NCBI RefSeq assembly: GCF_030684315.1
Contig: NC_081387.1
Location: forward strand, 17,487,309 to 17,551,308
From: Stegostoma tigrinum
Taxonomy: Eukaryota
Direction of reading: 5' to 3'
Length of the DNA stretch: 64,000 nucleotides
Part shown: in pieces, positions 1-14,599 of the stretch
Position numbering within the stretch: the stretch's first letter is position 1
Layout of the letters: the number at the start of each line of letters is the position of its first letter
Program-made: the position numbers and the translations under genes
Notes under the pieces: generated by a model
What the model was told of the DNA's origin: nothing
What the model saw: the letters and a program-made list of their open reading frames with translations, nothing else
The model's database searches: none

Positions 1-989
1 ATTTTGATTTATTTCCCTCTCATTTTTCCCATTTTTTGATCTCTTTTCTGTCACACTGTACAGTTGGGCAGTGACTGTAATTGAGAGGGCAATATTAAAA
101 TTTCATGGTGTGGTTTATTTATTTAAAAAACCCATTCTTTCAGTGATAGTGCTCTGTTGTAACTCAAGAAAATAAATGTGAGCTGCTAAGGCTGCAAGGT
201 GGACAAGGGAAGAAGCAAAGACAGATATACAGATTGATGATAGGGGGAGAAAGTGACACAGAGTCAGACAGGGAGAGGAGGACAACACAGGCAGTCATAG
301 CGAGAAAGACTGAGCGACAGAAAACTAGGCTGAGTGAAACACACAATGGGAAAAAGGGACATGAAGGGAATAAAAGGAAGGTCACATAGGGAGAAAGAGA
401 AAGGGACAAAATGAGAAAGAGACATACACAGGAAGAGCCAAGACTAACAGTCAGAAAAGAGATAGACAACGCGAAAGAGAGAGAAATACGGTGGGTTGGG
501 TGGGTTAGTGATGTTGAGAGATACGAACTAACAGCAATATAAGGAGATTGGAACATAAATGCAAGGAAAAGAAAGAGATACACTGGGAGAAAGTGTGACA
601 TGCATATATGAAGAAAGAGAGACATATGGATACTGAGAGAGACACACAGGGAGAATAAAACAGAAACAAAGCAAAAAGGGAAGCCCTAAAAACGTTCACT
701 AGGACCATGTTTCTGGCCGGCGTGCAGTAATTCAAATTGTATACTGCTTTAATGAAAATACCAGGTCAGAATTAAATTTGTCTGTAGTATTGATAGTTCT
801 GGTAGGAATCAATCGTTTTGCCCAGACAAAGAGCCTGTATCCTTCCTCCATTGCCAATATTTTTCTAACATCTAAAATGAATTTCTGTAGGAGTAACTAC
901 CTGCCATATTCTTGTTTGAGTAGTTCGCTGCTCTCTGTGGTGAATCCAGGGGCCTGTTGTATTATCTGTAGTCGAGGATGGACCATTAA

Positions 990-1120
990 ATAAAAACCGA
1001 AAGTACTGAAGATGCTGTGAATCGTGAATACAAACAAGTTGCTGGAAAAGCTCAGCAGGTCTGGCAGCATCTGAGAAGCAAAAAGAGTTAACGTGGAGAG
1101 TCTGGTGAACCTTCCTCAGA
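990..1120 (-). mobile_element. Penelope-derived short element (GCTCAGCAGGTCTGGCAGCATCTG family), decayed hammerhead
   Basis: Family body shared with the 16285, 18800, 46396, 57060 and 57643 copies. Ends in the reverse complement of CTGAGGAAGG...ACGTTAAC. Confidence 0.7.
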
Positions 1121-1849
1121 AGGGTGGACCACTGAAGAGTCTAAACAGAAGACGTACTTGTTTTACATACGAGGTGGCTTATTGCATAACAGCAATCATT
1201 ATAATTTATATTCACTTGCCTGGCATAATTACGTAGGATAATTGGGAGCTGTGCACAGCACATCTGCTCCACTTAGGAACATGTGGATCTTCACCCAATG
1301 ATGTGGCATCATCAGATTGTAACATTGTCATCAATTCCTTGAGAACAATTGCCTTGTACAATGCTTCCCTGTGATACTTTCCCCAGGGTTTATTTGTAGC
1401 AATTTCAGGGAGATTTTAACTTTTAATTCTGAGAGACGACAGGCCAATCCCAGACAGGTAAAAACACACTCGCAATGATGTTCCACATGGACACATTCGT
1501 AGGCATACTATATTTCATTGTTCACAACAAGAGAATAGAAAAAAATGATCCTGAAATTCTGCAGGTGTTACATATCATCTCTTGCCAGAATATTTGGCAT
1601 TTTCAGGGCAAACCAGTTTCCTACATTTAAATCTCACATCCCAGAAGAATCCTGCCTCGGTCCAAGCCAATACAGGGAGTGTCTGGTGAGGTACTAAGCT
1701 AGTAGCCTTCAAAGCTTCGCATGCCCAGCCTAACACCACTAGGCAGAAGGCATAAATTATCTGTGACATCAGGAGAAAGTAAGGGAAAGCTGTTAACAGT
1801 TTATCACTTCCATGCTGTGTGATAAGATGCTGCACTGTTCTGTCCATAG

Positions 1850-2165
1850 AGCTGTTGCGTTTTGGAATAACATGTTAAACTGAGAACCTACTTGTTCTCT
1901 AAAATGGTGCTATTTTGATAAAGAACAGTGGAGTTCATCAAAGTGTCCTAATCAATGTTTATCCCTCAAATCAACATCATTAAAACAGATCATCCTCTCA
2001 TTATCACATTTGTTCTCTGTGGGAGTTTGATGTATGTAAACTAGGTATAGGGATTCATCCATTATAACAATAACTCGACCTTAAGAAGTACCGAATTGCC
2101 TGTAAAGTGCTTTCGGATGTCCTGAGGTTATAATAGGAACAACAGAAATCAAAATATTTATTTCT
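1850..2165 (+). mobile_element. DeuSINE/SacSINE-like remnant with L2-type tail
   Basis: GTGGGAG...TGTAAAGTGCTTT...CTGAGG tail. Related copies at 2310-2460 (minus) and 39530-39715. Confidence 0.5.
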
Positions 2166-2659
2166 TTATTCAAGGCTGCTTCTTAGATCAGTGTGTTACT
2201 AATGGAAGAAGGAAAGAAGTGTTTGGGGAATGAAGTGGAGGTAAATAATTGGTGTTACATAGGGAAAATATAAATTATAGCATGGCTAGGCTCAATTTCA
2301 GAGCAACAGTAAAGAAAGAAAGACTTACATTTACGTAGCATTTTTACACCTACCAGATATCTCAATGTCCCTTACAGACATGGAGGTACTTTTCAAGAAA
2401 AAAAGTTGTCATTTTTGTAAGGTACAAAATGCAGCAGCCAAATTGCACACAACCAATGAGGTGATAATAATTAGATGAGGGTTGGTTAGCTCAGTGGGCA
2501 GCATAAGGTTGTTCTGGTGCAGTGGCAGTATCTGTATCTGAGTCAGAAGGCTTGAGTTCAAGCTCTACCTGCTCCAGAGGAGTGTCACACATCTCTGAAC
2601 AGATTGATTAAAAACAGGAGCTCAGTTAGCTGGACAGCAAAATGTGACAATGCTTTTTT

Positions 2660-2782
2660 TTTCTGATGAGGGGCCTAGGCCCAAAACGTCAGCTTTTGTG
2701 CTCCTAAGATGCTGTGTTCATCCAGCTCCACACTTTGTTATCCTGGGTTCTCCAGCATCTGCAGTTCCCATTATCTCTGAGA
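2660..2782 (+). mobile_element. Short Penelope-derived element with hammerhead motif
   Basis: CTGATGA-G-GGGCC/TA/GGCCC-AAAAC-GTC at 2663-2690, followed by the family body GATGCTG...CCAGCATCTGCAG. Confidence 0.7.
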
Positions 2783-4499
2783 CAATGCTGGTTCAGTTCC
2801 AGTACCAGTTGAGGTCGTAATGAAGGGCCCTTTTCAACTTTGCCGGAGGTGTGGAGACCCTCAGGTTAAACTACCACCAGTTATGTCTCCCTCTAATGAG
2901 GCTTTACTATAACCTAATAATCAGGTATTTTATTTTGCTTTCCTTCAAAATAGTACCATGGGATTTCTTATATTTGCCCAAGTAGGTAGACATGTGTATC
3001 ACTCCCTTCATCCTAGCTCACCAGTCTTGATTCTTGAGGTCAAGCCCTAGATTTGAACTTGGAAGCTTGTGATTCCCAAGCACAGCTATACCAACATAAC
3101 CACCGCTCACCCACCTCTGAACTAGGAGTTCTGGGTTCAAGCCCCATCTGCTTCAGAGGTTTGTAATAATAACTCTAAACAGGTTAACTGGAAAGTATCT
3201 AAATAATGCAGAATCAAAGACAGTAGCTTCTGCACCAGTAAAGTGGGCAGAGTTCCTTAGGGACAGGCAAGTTAGAGAACAATATGTTTTGGTTGTGGGA
3301 AATCTTAAATTATAACTTGCGTTAGAACGTAAGCAGCAAGAGTAGGCTCTGTGTCCTGTTAAATCTGCTTCACCATTCAATATTACAGCTGCCTCAATTC
3401 CACTTTCCCAACTTATATCCATATCCTCGGATTCTCTTAGTGGTCAAAAGTCTAGCAACCTCAGTGATTGAACGTACACAGCCCTGGTACAGAATTTCAA
3501 AGATTCACAACTTTCACAATGAAGAAACCTCTCCTCAGTCAGGATGAAATGGAAATCCTTTCATCTTGAGACTATTGGGCAGATTACGAAACAAAGTGTA
3601 ACGAGGGAATCAAAGTACAGATCAACTGTAATCTGAATGAATGTTGAGATCAGGTTTTGGGGTTAAAGTCCTACTCCTGGTCCTATATTCCAAAGAAATG
3701 GGTAGAAGAGAGAGTAAAAATGTATTTATATTTGTAGGAAAGGGTGGTCTATTATAAATAGAGATATTAAATCTAAATTGAAACATAAGAAAAAGGAGGC
3801 ATGTGATAAAGTTAGAGGCTAAAAACAGTAAGAAAATGTTTATGGAAGACAGAAAGCATGGGGGAGGTGAAATGAGAGATTAAAAATAGATGAAAGGGAA
3901 GATTTTACAGCAGAAAATATAAAAAGAATATATCATCAGCTTACATCAGGATATAAAAAGAAAAAGGAAAGATTATTTAAAGAGAGGGTAGGTCCACTCA
4001 TGAGTGAAGGAGAAGCACTAATTGTAAGGCATTAAGGATCAGTTGATATATTGCGTCAGTCTGTGCAAATAATGGCAATGAATATGTCAGTGTGCAGAAG
4101 AATTATGGAACAATTGACAGAGAGACAACTGCAGAACTGGTTCTGAAAATAACAGCAGAGCTCAAAAGCGAAATGAGTCACGAGGCCTTAAATGGCATCT
4201 ACCCGGTGTTGTTTAAGGAAGAATAGAAACATTTTGGATTGCTGTATCCTGTGTAGTTATGCTGGAGGACCGTACAGTACACAAGAATGAACAGTCTTCT
4301 TAAAATCACAAGCAGAAAGGTTCAGCTGGATTGACCATACTCTCAGAATCACTTGAATGTTACCGCATAGGAAAAGACAATTGAGCTCATCATGCCTGCA
4401 CAAGCTCTCCAAACAATTCACTTTGCATCTTTTTCCCTTTATCTCCCTCTAACCCTGAAAATTTTCTCTTGCAGATAACAAGGCAAATCCTTTATGAAT

Positions 4500-5030
4500 C
4501 TTTCAATTGAATCTGTGTCAAACAATGTGACGTATTATGAGTGTGCTCTTAGAAAATATAAAAAAAGAGAAAAAGCATGAATAACTAGCAATGTATGGAC
4601 TTTATCTAGGGAAACTTGCAGCACAGCTGGATTGACACCCACTCTTCATGCTGTGATCCAAGGCAGGTGCAGTGGGAAAAGAGACTGTCATTTACCTTCT
4701 TTCAAGTGTGCCTTTATAGAGCAGATCTGGAAAAAGGTGCAAGACTTTGTTTGAGGTTCATTTTGAGAAGTCCATGACACAGGACTATGCGGTTTATGGG
4801 CTGTTCCAGGGACAACCAGTGAAATAAACATCAACTACCACTGGAAGATCAACTGAGTGAAAGATGCTCTTTAGCCTGCTCAAAACCTTTAGCATGTACA
4901 AAGTAGACAAAAAAAGTTGTGCAGACTGGCATATTTCAAGGTAAAGGTCTATGTGCTGAAGGACATAGTTAAACTTAGGACAGTCATGGCAGAAGCCAAA
5001 TATATGAAGGTGGGACTGTTTAAGAATTTT
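4500..5030 (+). mobile_element. Tx1/Keno-like ORF2 C-terminal fragment
   Basis: Similar to the reverse complement of 54580-54900 (e.g. TATGGGCTGTTCCAGGGAC). Confidence 0.6.
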
Positions 5031-6061
5031 CAGCCATAAATATCAGCACTAAGAACAAACATCGCTCTCTTTCAGACAAGCACATGCACAGCCACACATT
5101 AGTCTTAAAAGGAAGGTGTAGCGCACAAGCTGACCACACAGAGCCAACCATCAAGCATTAGAGTGAACAGTGATTAAGAATAACTCCCTTCTACAGAGGG
5201 TTGTTAGAAAACAGAATACATTTTGATGGGGGAAATAGTTGAGGAAAAAATTGCTGTCTCTTTCCAAGGAAATGTGGGTGAAGCAAAAAGAATGTACCAG
5301 GCTTCAGGGGAGAGTCGGGCAACAGTGTAAGCTCCGGCCTTCTCCAGAACAGATGTGATGCATTAGCTGACATCCTGCTGTTATCCCATAAAGTTCCCCA
5401 GTTCCTTTGTTTTCCTTTCAAAGGTTATTAAGCTCCTCAAAGCTTGTCCTGCCATTTCAATTAAAACATGGCTGACTTGTATTGCAACTACAAAATCCCA
5501 ACTTTATTCAAAAACCTATATTTTTGCATCTTTGACAAGTTTAGTATTTGTTGCCCACTCCTAACTGCCATGACACAAGGGGTTAGTGATTTCAAAGGCC
5601 AATTAGGAATTAACCACATTGTTGTGGTTCTGGAGACAGCAGGTTTTCTTCCCTAATGGACATGAGGAAGCCAGATTTTTTTTTAAACACAAAAAAAAAT
5701 AGGTTTTACCCTTAATATTTCAGATTTTTAAACTGCATTTAAATCCCACCAGATGGGATTTGAACCCATACCTCCATGCATCGGCCTGGGCCTTAGGTTA
5801 CTAGTCCAGTGGCAGTGCTAGTAGTGCCACCACTGGCCAGAAGAAAAACAGTGACCTCAGTTCTGATATTTTCTACTGACCTTCTGACCCCCAACAGCAT
5901 TTTGAGAGTTTGGATTCTAGATTTCCAGTGTCCTTTCTGCGATGGAATGCTTCCTGAGACAGCTAAGCAAGTTCTCAACTAAAGGTTATGTTTTCTTGTT
6001 CTGGACTCCACCAACCAGAGGAAATAGTTTTCTCTCTCTATATCCTAGCTATTCTCATAGA

Positions 6062-7020
6062 GTAATAATCATAGAGCTGTCCAGCTTGGAAACGGACCCG
6101 TCGGTCCAATTTGTCCATGTCGACCAGGTATAACCTAAATTAATCTAGTCCCATTTTCCAGCATGTGGCCCAGATACCTCTCAACCCTTCCTATTCATAT
6201 ACCCATCCAGATGTCTTATAATTGTTGCAATTGTACCAGTCCCCACCACTTCCTCTGGCAGCTCACTCTATGCATGTACCACCCTCTGAACATCTTGCTC
6301 CTTAGACCCCCTCACCTTATACCTATGCCTTCTAGCTTTGGACTCCACTGGGTAAAAGACCATGGTTATTCACCCTATCTATGACCCTCATGATTCTATG
6401 AACTTCTATAAGGTCACCCCTCAGCCTCCAAAGTTCTAGGGAAAATGGCCTAGCCTAATAAGCCTCTCCCTATAGGTCAATCCCTCCAACCCTGGCAACA
6501 TCCTTGTAAATCTTTTCTGAACCCTTTCAAGTTTCACAGCATCCTTCCCATTGCAGGAAGGCCAGAAATGATCACAGAACTCCAATACTGGCCTAACCAA
6601 TACCCTGTACAGCCTCAACATGACCTCCCAACTCCTACACTGAACACACTGACAATAAAGGCAAGCATACCAAACACCTTCTTGACTATCCCGTCGACCT
6701 GTGACTCTACTTTCAAAGAACTATGTACCGCACTCCAAGGTCTCTTTGCTCAGCAACACTCCCCAGCACCTTACCATTAAATGTATAAGTCCTGCCCTGA
6801 TGTGCCTTTCCAAAATGCAGAACCTCACATCTATCTAAATTAAACTTGTTCTGCCATTACTCAGCCCATTTGATCAAGGTCCCAATGTACTCTGAGGTAA
6901 CCTTCCTGGCTGTCCACTACACCTCCAATTTTGGTGTCATCTGCAAACTTACTAACTGTACCTACTGTTTTCAAATCCAGATCATTTATTTAAACAGCAA
7001 AAAGCAACGGACCCAGCAAC
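6062..7020 (-). mobile_element. CR1 LINE 3' fragment
   Basis: LRLYRVLVRPVLE...LERVQKRFTRMLPGL and a KFADDTK motif. Confidence 0.9.
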
Positions 7021-9499
7021 AAATCGGTGGCACAGTGCTGTTCGCAGGCACAATCTTGTTAATCATCTCACACTCTTCATTTTGATTCTCAAGGAAATAC
7101 AAACCTAATTGAGCAACCTTGCTCATAATTCAGTGTTAATTTGATCTTGTGCTTAGAATGCACCCTTTGCCTCGAATTTATAGTATAGTAACAGGCCATT
7201 CAGTCCAACTACTCAGCCCTGATATTTATAGTTTATATCCAAGTCTCCTCTCATTCCATTTATCATGTTATATTCAGCATGTCATTTTCAGTATTATTAA
7301 GTATCTTGTATAGGTAGCTCTGTCAGACCACCTTAGTTGCTTTCTATCAAGGTTGAAAAACCCATTTTTCTAATTCAGAAGTGAATTTTCTACCTGTAGG
7401 TAATTAGCTGAATTACAATTCCGTGTATTGTGTCAATTAAGCACAACACACAGTTTTCTTTATCTTCAAGTTTTATACCGTTATTAGTAACAAAAGTCAT
7501 ATATCACCAACTGGCAAAAGCATCATGGACCAATGATTTAAGATAAGTTAAGGCTACATGAAAAAAAAACTTAATTATGTAATGAATAGTTAGGATGCGG
7601 GTTTTATTATCTGAGAGGGTTGGAGGCAGATCCAATTCTAGCTTCAAAGAGGATGAACTCCTAAAGAGAAAATTTGCAGGGTCATGGAAAGAAGTGGGCT
7701 CAGAAGTGAGACTAACTAAACTGCACCTGCAAGCAGTAGCGCAGACTTGATGGGATTTTTTTCTGTGTTGTAACTGCAGTATTGTATTTGGCCTTACCAG
7801 AGAATAGTCACATTCTCTGAGCTCACATAGCACCTGCTTCTCAGGCGTGATGAGACTTACTGAGGCTTTAAAATGAGCAGGCAGGAGGTTTGCATGTGCA
7901 CTTCCAGCTGGAATTCCTACACTTATGAGGATCAAAATCAAAGACTACATTATACAGCAGCAAAAATATATGTTAAGCTTCTTAATGAAACATAGGAAAG
8001 TAGAGAAAAAGTAGACAATTTGAATGGTGAATTGCTTTATGGGCCAAACACATCATCGGTCTTCATCTACCTCAATGCTATTTTTCCATATTCCTGTTTA
8101 TCGTTAGTAGCCATGAATTTTTCTTGAACATGCTCAGTAGCTGAGATTCCAGGCCTTCTTGGGTACAGAAATTGAAAAATTTACTACCTTCTGAATGAAG
8201 AAATTTTCCTCACTTTAGTCTTAAGTGAGTATCTCTTCCTATAACCCTGATTCTCAACTCATCAGCCATGGAAAATACCTATGTTTGTAAGTTTCAATGA
8301 GATCTTTTCTCATGTTCAAACTCTACAGAATACAAATCTAGTCTCCTCAGAATCTCAAAGGAACCTGCTGTCTCTGAAATAGCCTCTGCAAACTGGTTGA
8401 CCCATTCCCACCAATGTTGCCTTTTCTGAAGAACTGAGATCTTGAGCATCTTGGGGAGTTAAGTGTTAACAATCAAACTCACTCAAATTGTGGAAGCAAC
8501 AGATGTTCCTGCATATAAACAGAATGACTTTCCAGAGTCGTGGGAGGGAGGTATGGCGAGTCTTCTGCATTTCATGGGTACAGTAACACAGTTTTTTAGA
8601 TGATCTATTAACCGTATAGTGTAGAAAGATAATGGTGAACAATCTCTATTTTCCCAAAGGATCCACAAACTGTTAAGTAGGAAATCTTGGTTGATTGAAA
8701 TGGCTTCAGCGTAAACAACTACAACTGTTTACATTGATGGGTTGTTTTCAAGGGATTCAGGAACAGTACACTACGTCACGAGGTTTCAACTGTGACATTC
8801 TACTTGGCTGATATCAAAGTTTCTTGCCAAAAGGACCATCATTTTCAACTATTTTCAGAGTGAATAAAAGGCAAAACAAGAAATTCAAAGCCACTCTATC
8901 AAGCTAGGCTGAACACACATTAGAAGTTAATAAACTCTTCTGGACATTCAATCATTCACTATATTTATGTTAAAGGTATCATTGTGAACCAGGGCAGAAG
9001 GCATGCTGAAACACCCTTAAATGCTAACAGTGAGTGCTGACATAGACCATACTTAGAGAAGCACTACAATAAGCAAGAGAAATTATGGGCCTGAATTAGG
9101 ACAATAAAAGTGAGAGTGGGTTCTCCTGAGCCCACATTGAAAAACATCCATCCCAATCACCACTACAGTCTTTAGTTCCCTTGTCACTGTCCGTTCGCCT
9201 TTTGCATCTTCTGTAGAGAGTGTTACCCCTGATATATTCTCAGCTGCCACAGATGCAAATTCATAGAATCTAATGCAGCACTGAGACACTCAGTGTTGGG
9301 ACCAGAACGACACGGGGACAACCAGTGCATAATCCAGTATTGATTTGCTACTGTCTGTTCTGCTTCCCTACAATCAGGAATCAAAATAGTGAAAAATCCC
9401 GTATCATGTTGGAATCAAGACATAAATCATCTGTAAAACACCATTTAGCTTTCCTTCAGTCATCCATTGAGAAAGATTCCATATATCCTATCTATCCAA

Positions 9500-10472
9500 T
9501 GGTTGTCCAGAGGGATCCATACTGGGTACACTCTTGTTTCTCATTTATATAAATGATTTGGATGACAACTTAGGAGGCAAAGTAAGTAAGTTTGAGGATG
9601 ACACCAAACTTGGTGAGATAGCGACAGTGAAGAAGGCTACCTAAAATTACAAAAAGACCTTAATCAATTCAGTCAATAGGTTGAGGAGTGACAGATGGAG
9701 TTTAATTTGGATAAATGTAAGGTTTTGCACTTCGGTAAAACAAACAAGGGCAGGATTTATACAATTAATGGTCAGGTCCCAGGTAGCATTGTAGAACAGT
9801 CAGACCTAGGGGTTCAGGTACATAATTCTTTGGAATTTGTCTTACAGGTAAACAGGGTGGTTAAGAAGGCACTTAGCGTGCTTGCCTTCATTGTTTGGAC
9901 CTCCGGGTACAAGACGTGGGAATGTCATGTTGGGGTTGTACAGGATGTTTGTGAGGTCTCTTTTGGAGTCCTGTGTCCAGTTTTTCTCACCCTGTTACAG
10001 GAAGGATATTATTAAACTGGAGGGAGCTCAGAAAAGATTTACCAGGATGTTGCCAGGAATGAAGGGTTGGAGTAATAAAAACAGGCTGGGACTTCTTTCA
10101 GTGGATTGTAGGAGGTCGAGGTACAACCTTATAGAGGTTTATAAATTCATGAGCAGCACAGATAACGTAAATAGCAAGGATCTTTTCCCTCAGGGGTGGA
10201 GCAGTTCAATATTCGGGGGGGATACTTTTGAGGTAAGAGGAGAAGGATTTGAAAAAGGACATGAGGGGCAACTGTTTTACACAAAGTGGTTAGTGTGTGG
10301 AGTAAACTGCCAGAGGAAGTGGTGCACGCGAGTACAGTTAACAATGATTAAAAGACATTTGGGTAAAGACATGAATAGGAAATGTTTGATAGGGTACAGG
10401 CCAAATGCAGGCAGATGGCATGGACTACTTGAACCGAAGGGTTTGATTCCATGCTCTATCGCTATGACTTTA
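9500..10472 (+). mobile_element. CR1 LINE 3' fragment
   Basis: MEFNLDKCKVLHFG, LEGAQKRFTRMLPG and a CTATGACT tail. Confidence 0.9.
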
Positions 10473-11320
10473 TAGTTCAATGTAGTCCCAAACATGCTCT
10501 TAATCAACCCCAAGATTCTTTTCACTTTATTAACATGTCTGATATTCTGATACCTGGAAGGATGTCAACTCTGCACTTACCCTTTGCATGCTGCTATAAA
10601 GTGTGTGCAATGGGGAGACCAAATACAGTTAACATGACTGTTCTGCTAAACAACTCCTTTCAGACCGCAACAATGACCAGTGACCAATCTTCCAGTTGTC
10701 CATTATGCTAATTCTGCATCCTACTTCTACTCAAACCTTTAAGCTCTTAGGTTCTAAAATTACATCAAAGGCTCAGCACAAGCTCAAGGAACAATTCATC
10801 ACTTTTTGTTCCCTTACATGCTTCTAGGTTCAATGCAACAACAATTTTGCCATTTTCTGAGACAGCAGCTACTGGTAATGGTTCTGCGCGAAACTGAATC
10901 TGAATTCAACAAAAATCTCGAATTAAAAGTCTAATGATGACCATGAATCATTGCCGATTGTCAGGAAAAGAACGATCTGGTTCACTAAAGTACTTTAGAG
11001 AAGGAAACTGCCGTCCATATCTGGCCTTGAGACTACATATGATTCCAGATCCACAGTAACATGGTTCCCTTTCAACTGCCCTCTGGTCAGTTAATGATGG
11101 ACAATGAATACTGGCCTAGTCACAGCATCCTGTCACAGCATTTTTTTTTAAATTCATAGGGTGGTGTTGGGGTGGGTTTAAACAAGCTTGTCATGAGGAT
11201 GTGAACTTGAGGGATGACCCAAATTGGATGAAAGTAAGGCTAGTAAATGGAAGTCAAAAGGATGCTGAGGAGACTCACTGTCTCCCGACCAGTCCTTGAC
11301 ACTCCGTTCCTTCCCATCTG

Positions 11321-11660
11321 GGGGTGGCATATTGTTAGCACTGCTGCCTCACAGCACCAGGGACCCAGGTTCAATTCCACCCTCAGGCAGCTGTCTGGAT
11401 GGAGTCTGCACATTCTTCCCAGTGTCTGCGTGGGTTTCTCCCCAATGCTCTGGTTTCTCCCACAGTCCAAAAAAAATGCAGTTTGGGTGGATTGGCCATT
11501 CTAAATTGCCATAGTATCCTGGGATTTAGAGGTAGATTGGCTATGGGAAATAGAGATAGAGGTAGAAGGCTGGGTCTGGGGATGGATGCTGTGCAGAGGG
11601 TTGGTGTGAACTAGATGGGCTGACTGGCCTGCTTCCACACTATAGGTATTCAATTGTATG
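11321..11660 (+). mobile_element. HE1-type V-SINE
   Basis: tRNA-like head GTTAGCACTGCTGCCTCACAGC, V-domain GTGTCTGCGTGGGTTT, CR1-like tail. Confidence 0.85.
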
Positions 11661-11679
11661 AGATTAGAAGATAGGACAA

Positions 11680-13070
11680 ACAAACGCATATACACCAAGG
11701 TAGATGATACAAAGGCACAAATAGAGATACATGAGTGCGATCTAATTGTCATTACAGAAATGTGACTACATGGTGACCAGGACTAGGAACTGAATATTCC
11801 TGGACACTCACCATTTAGGAAGGACAGTGAAGAAGAAAAAGCACCCGGAGTTGCAATTGTAATAAAGGATGTGATCAGTGCATTAGTAAGGGAGGATCTC
11901 AGACTGTAAACGCGGTGTATGGAATCGGATTGGTTCAAACTTAGAAACAGCAAGTATTGATTGGAGTTATTAATAGACAACCAAAGGCACGGTTAGTATA
12001 AATTTGCAAATGACAAATTGTGTTTGACAAAATTGTTGGACAAAATTGAGTTGGGTGTAGTATATGTGCATTTTCAGCAGACCCCATCAAAGCCTGATTA
12101 GAAATATGGAAACATATGGGATACGAGGTAATGCACTGGTATGGATTAAGACCGTAACATACAGGAGAAGAATTAGGCATTCAGCCCATCAAGTCTGCTG
12201 CACCATTCAACACAATTCACCTGCCTTCATACCATAATCTTTGATCCCCATACTAATCAAGGAGGTATCTTGGTCTTAAAAGAAACTTAATGACTTAGCG
12301 TCCACAGTCTTTTGCGGCAGTGGGTTTCACAGATTCACCATGCTATGATTGAACAAATTTCTCCTCACGTCGGTTATCGTCACTCTGAAGCTGTTCCCTT
12401 GAGTCCTAGCCTCTCCAACTAGTGAAAACATCTTCTCTACGATCACTCTGTCCATGCCTCTCAATACTCTCTAAGTTTCCATGAGATGCCCCCTCATTCT
12501 CCTGAACTCCATAGAGTATAGACCCAGATTCCTCAAAATATTCTTCATGTACAAGCCTTTCACTCCCTCAATCACCCTTGTTAGCTTCTTCCGGGCCCAG
12601 CATATCCATCCTTATATACAGGGCCCAAATCTTACCAACCACTGAGGTCAGGCTAACTGGCCGATTGTGATTGACAATAGTCGATAATTGACAATAGCTA
12701 CAGTAGGAATAAATGTTCATTTTTGCATTTGCTGGCTGTGACTAGTTAGGCACAGCAAGAATAATTACTTGGGCTGAGTTGATCACAATATTTGTAACAA
12801 GGGACAAATATAATTCAAAATTTACGTATAATGCAAAGCTAAGTGGGAATGTTTGTGCTGAGAAAGATGTAAAGCAATTTAAGAAATTTGACAGGTTTAG
12901 TGAATGGGCAAGAACACTGCAGATGTAATATGGAAATATAATGTGGAAAAATGTGAAATGATTCATTTTAACAGGAGAATAGACCATATGCAGGGATTCT
13001 TTTTTAGATAAGAGGTTAGAAAGTGCAAATGTATAAAGGACTGTAGGTGTCCTTGTTGATAAGTCAAAAC
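11680..13070. mobile_element. Old plus-strand CR1 remnants (endonuclease, RT) split by a minus-strand CR1 3' end (about 12155-12670)
   Basis: Decayed ITE..L...ELNIPG...FRKD endonuclease motif at 11740-11830 and decayed RT at 12690-13070. Confidence 0.6.
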
Positions 13071-13099
13071 TACAGTCAAGGCCTCAACCTGTGCACGCC

Positions 13100-13720
13100 C
13101 CTTGATACTGCTAGCATTCAACATGCAACACTTGACACTGCCAGCCTTCAATGTACAAAACCTGACACTGTTATATTTCAACATCGATCACCTGATACAG
13201 CTGCCTTCAGCACCAAAAACCTGACAATGTCACATTTCAACACCCAAAACTTGTCAATGCCAGCCTCTAACACCCAACAGCCACCACATGACACTGCTAG
13301 CATTCAGAACCTATGTTCAGAACGCTAAAGTGCCACCTAACGTCATATTCTGCCTCACACCAACACCCAGCATTCTACTCTGCCAGCCTTCAACACTAAC
13401 TACCCAGCAATGCAAACCTTCAACATTCACTAATGGACACTACCAGCCAACACCCGATTTTGCCAGACACTAATGCCCACCACACAAAACTACCAGACAC
13501 CAACTCCCAGCACCTGGCACTACAAGATTTTAACTCCTGACGCTCTTTGGCAACCGCTCTTAGCCTTCAATGCCCATCACTGCCAGACAACAATACCAAT
13601 CACTTCACAAGGCCAGATACCAACAGTTATCACCAAATTCTGCTTGACCATGACAGCTAGCAGCCAAGGCCACCAGCTGGCAATAAACACTCAACACTGC
13701 AGATGCCAACATCAGCACCA
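13100..13720. repeat. Degenerate minisatellite, unit about 31 bp
   Basis: Recurrent TGACACTGCCAGCCTTCAACAC-like units. Confidence 0.7.
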
Positions 13721-14599
13721 GGGCGCAAAATACTTAATTTTTTCAAGTTCATTTTAAAACTTCTTTGACTCTACTTTTTGATTATCAGATTTTCAAGCAC
13801 CTTTTGATCCTTTTTCATCCTCATTCTTTTACTGGGTGATGCAGTCATGTAGCCACAATACTTCTGCATTTATGCTTACATAAGGATCTGGACTCACAAC
13901 AATAATTATAAGAATGAATCCAAATCCTCAGTGAATATCAAAGCAATAATGTACAAGAAAAGCATTAAATTCCTTAATACCAGTGTCTAAATTAGCACAA
14001 GACAACTTGCACAAGTTAACAACAGAAATTTTCTCAAAATAACTGACTTGCACTTCTAGACACAAGCAACCATCCAAAGACTTGTGATGCCATGCGTCCG
14101 CTGTATATGCATTTTACTGAGGTGGTTATGGCCTTTATGCTACATCCATGGTCTCAATCTCAGGTTTGAACTTAACAATTGACAGCAGCCACTATATTTT
14201 ACCCATCTGTTTGTCCCTGAAGTTCAATGGCTTTAAAGTAGGGATTTCACGTCCATTTTCAAGAAGCTCATTTACACAATGATTTTAAGGTTTTCCATTT
14301 CCCAGTCGGTTGAGTATTTATCTGTCAAATTCAAGTTCTTTTCTTCTTTGCAGCCACTCTCTCTCCTCTACCTCTCTATCACTCCTGAGAGAGCTCCTTC
14401 TACCCAATAACCTCCCATTCCTCCTCCACCACCCTCTTCCACCTTCCTTATTCACCTTTTAGACTCTCACAGCCCCTGATTTCTCTTGCAATGACCTCCT
14501 TGAAGCCTCCTGCTGATACTTGCCTCTCTGTTGCAGCCCCCTCCTCATCCACCCCTCTTGCAGTCTCCTGCTCTACTCCAACCTCCCCCGAAGCTTAAA

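Noticed and set aside
1835-1856. REST/RE1-like site (CAGCTCTATGGACAG on minus)
   Set aside because: Several mismatches to the RE1 consensus and adjacent to a SINE remnant.
9695-10475. CR1-derived ORFs as functional RT genes (also 30484-31709)
   Set aside because: Frameshifted, truncated and internally deleted copies.
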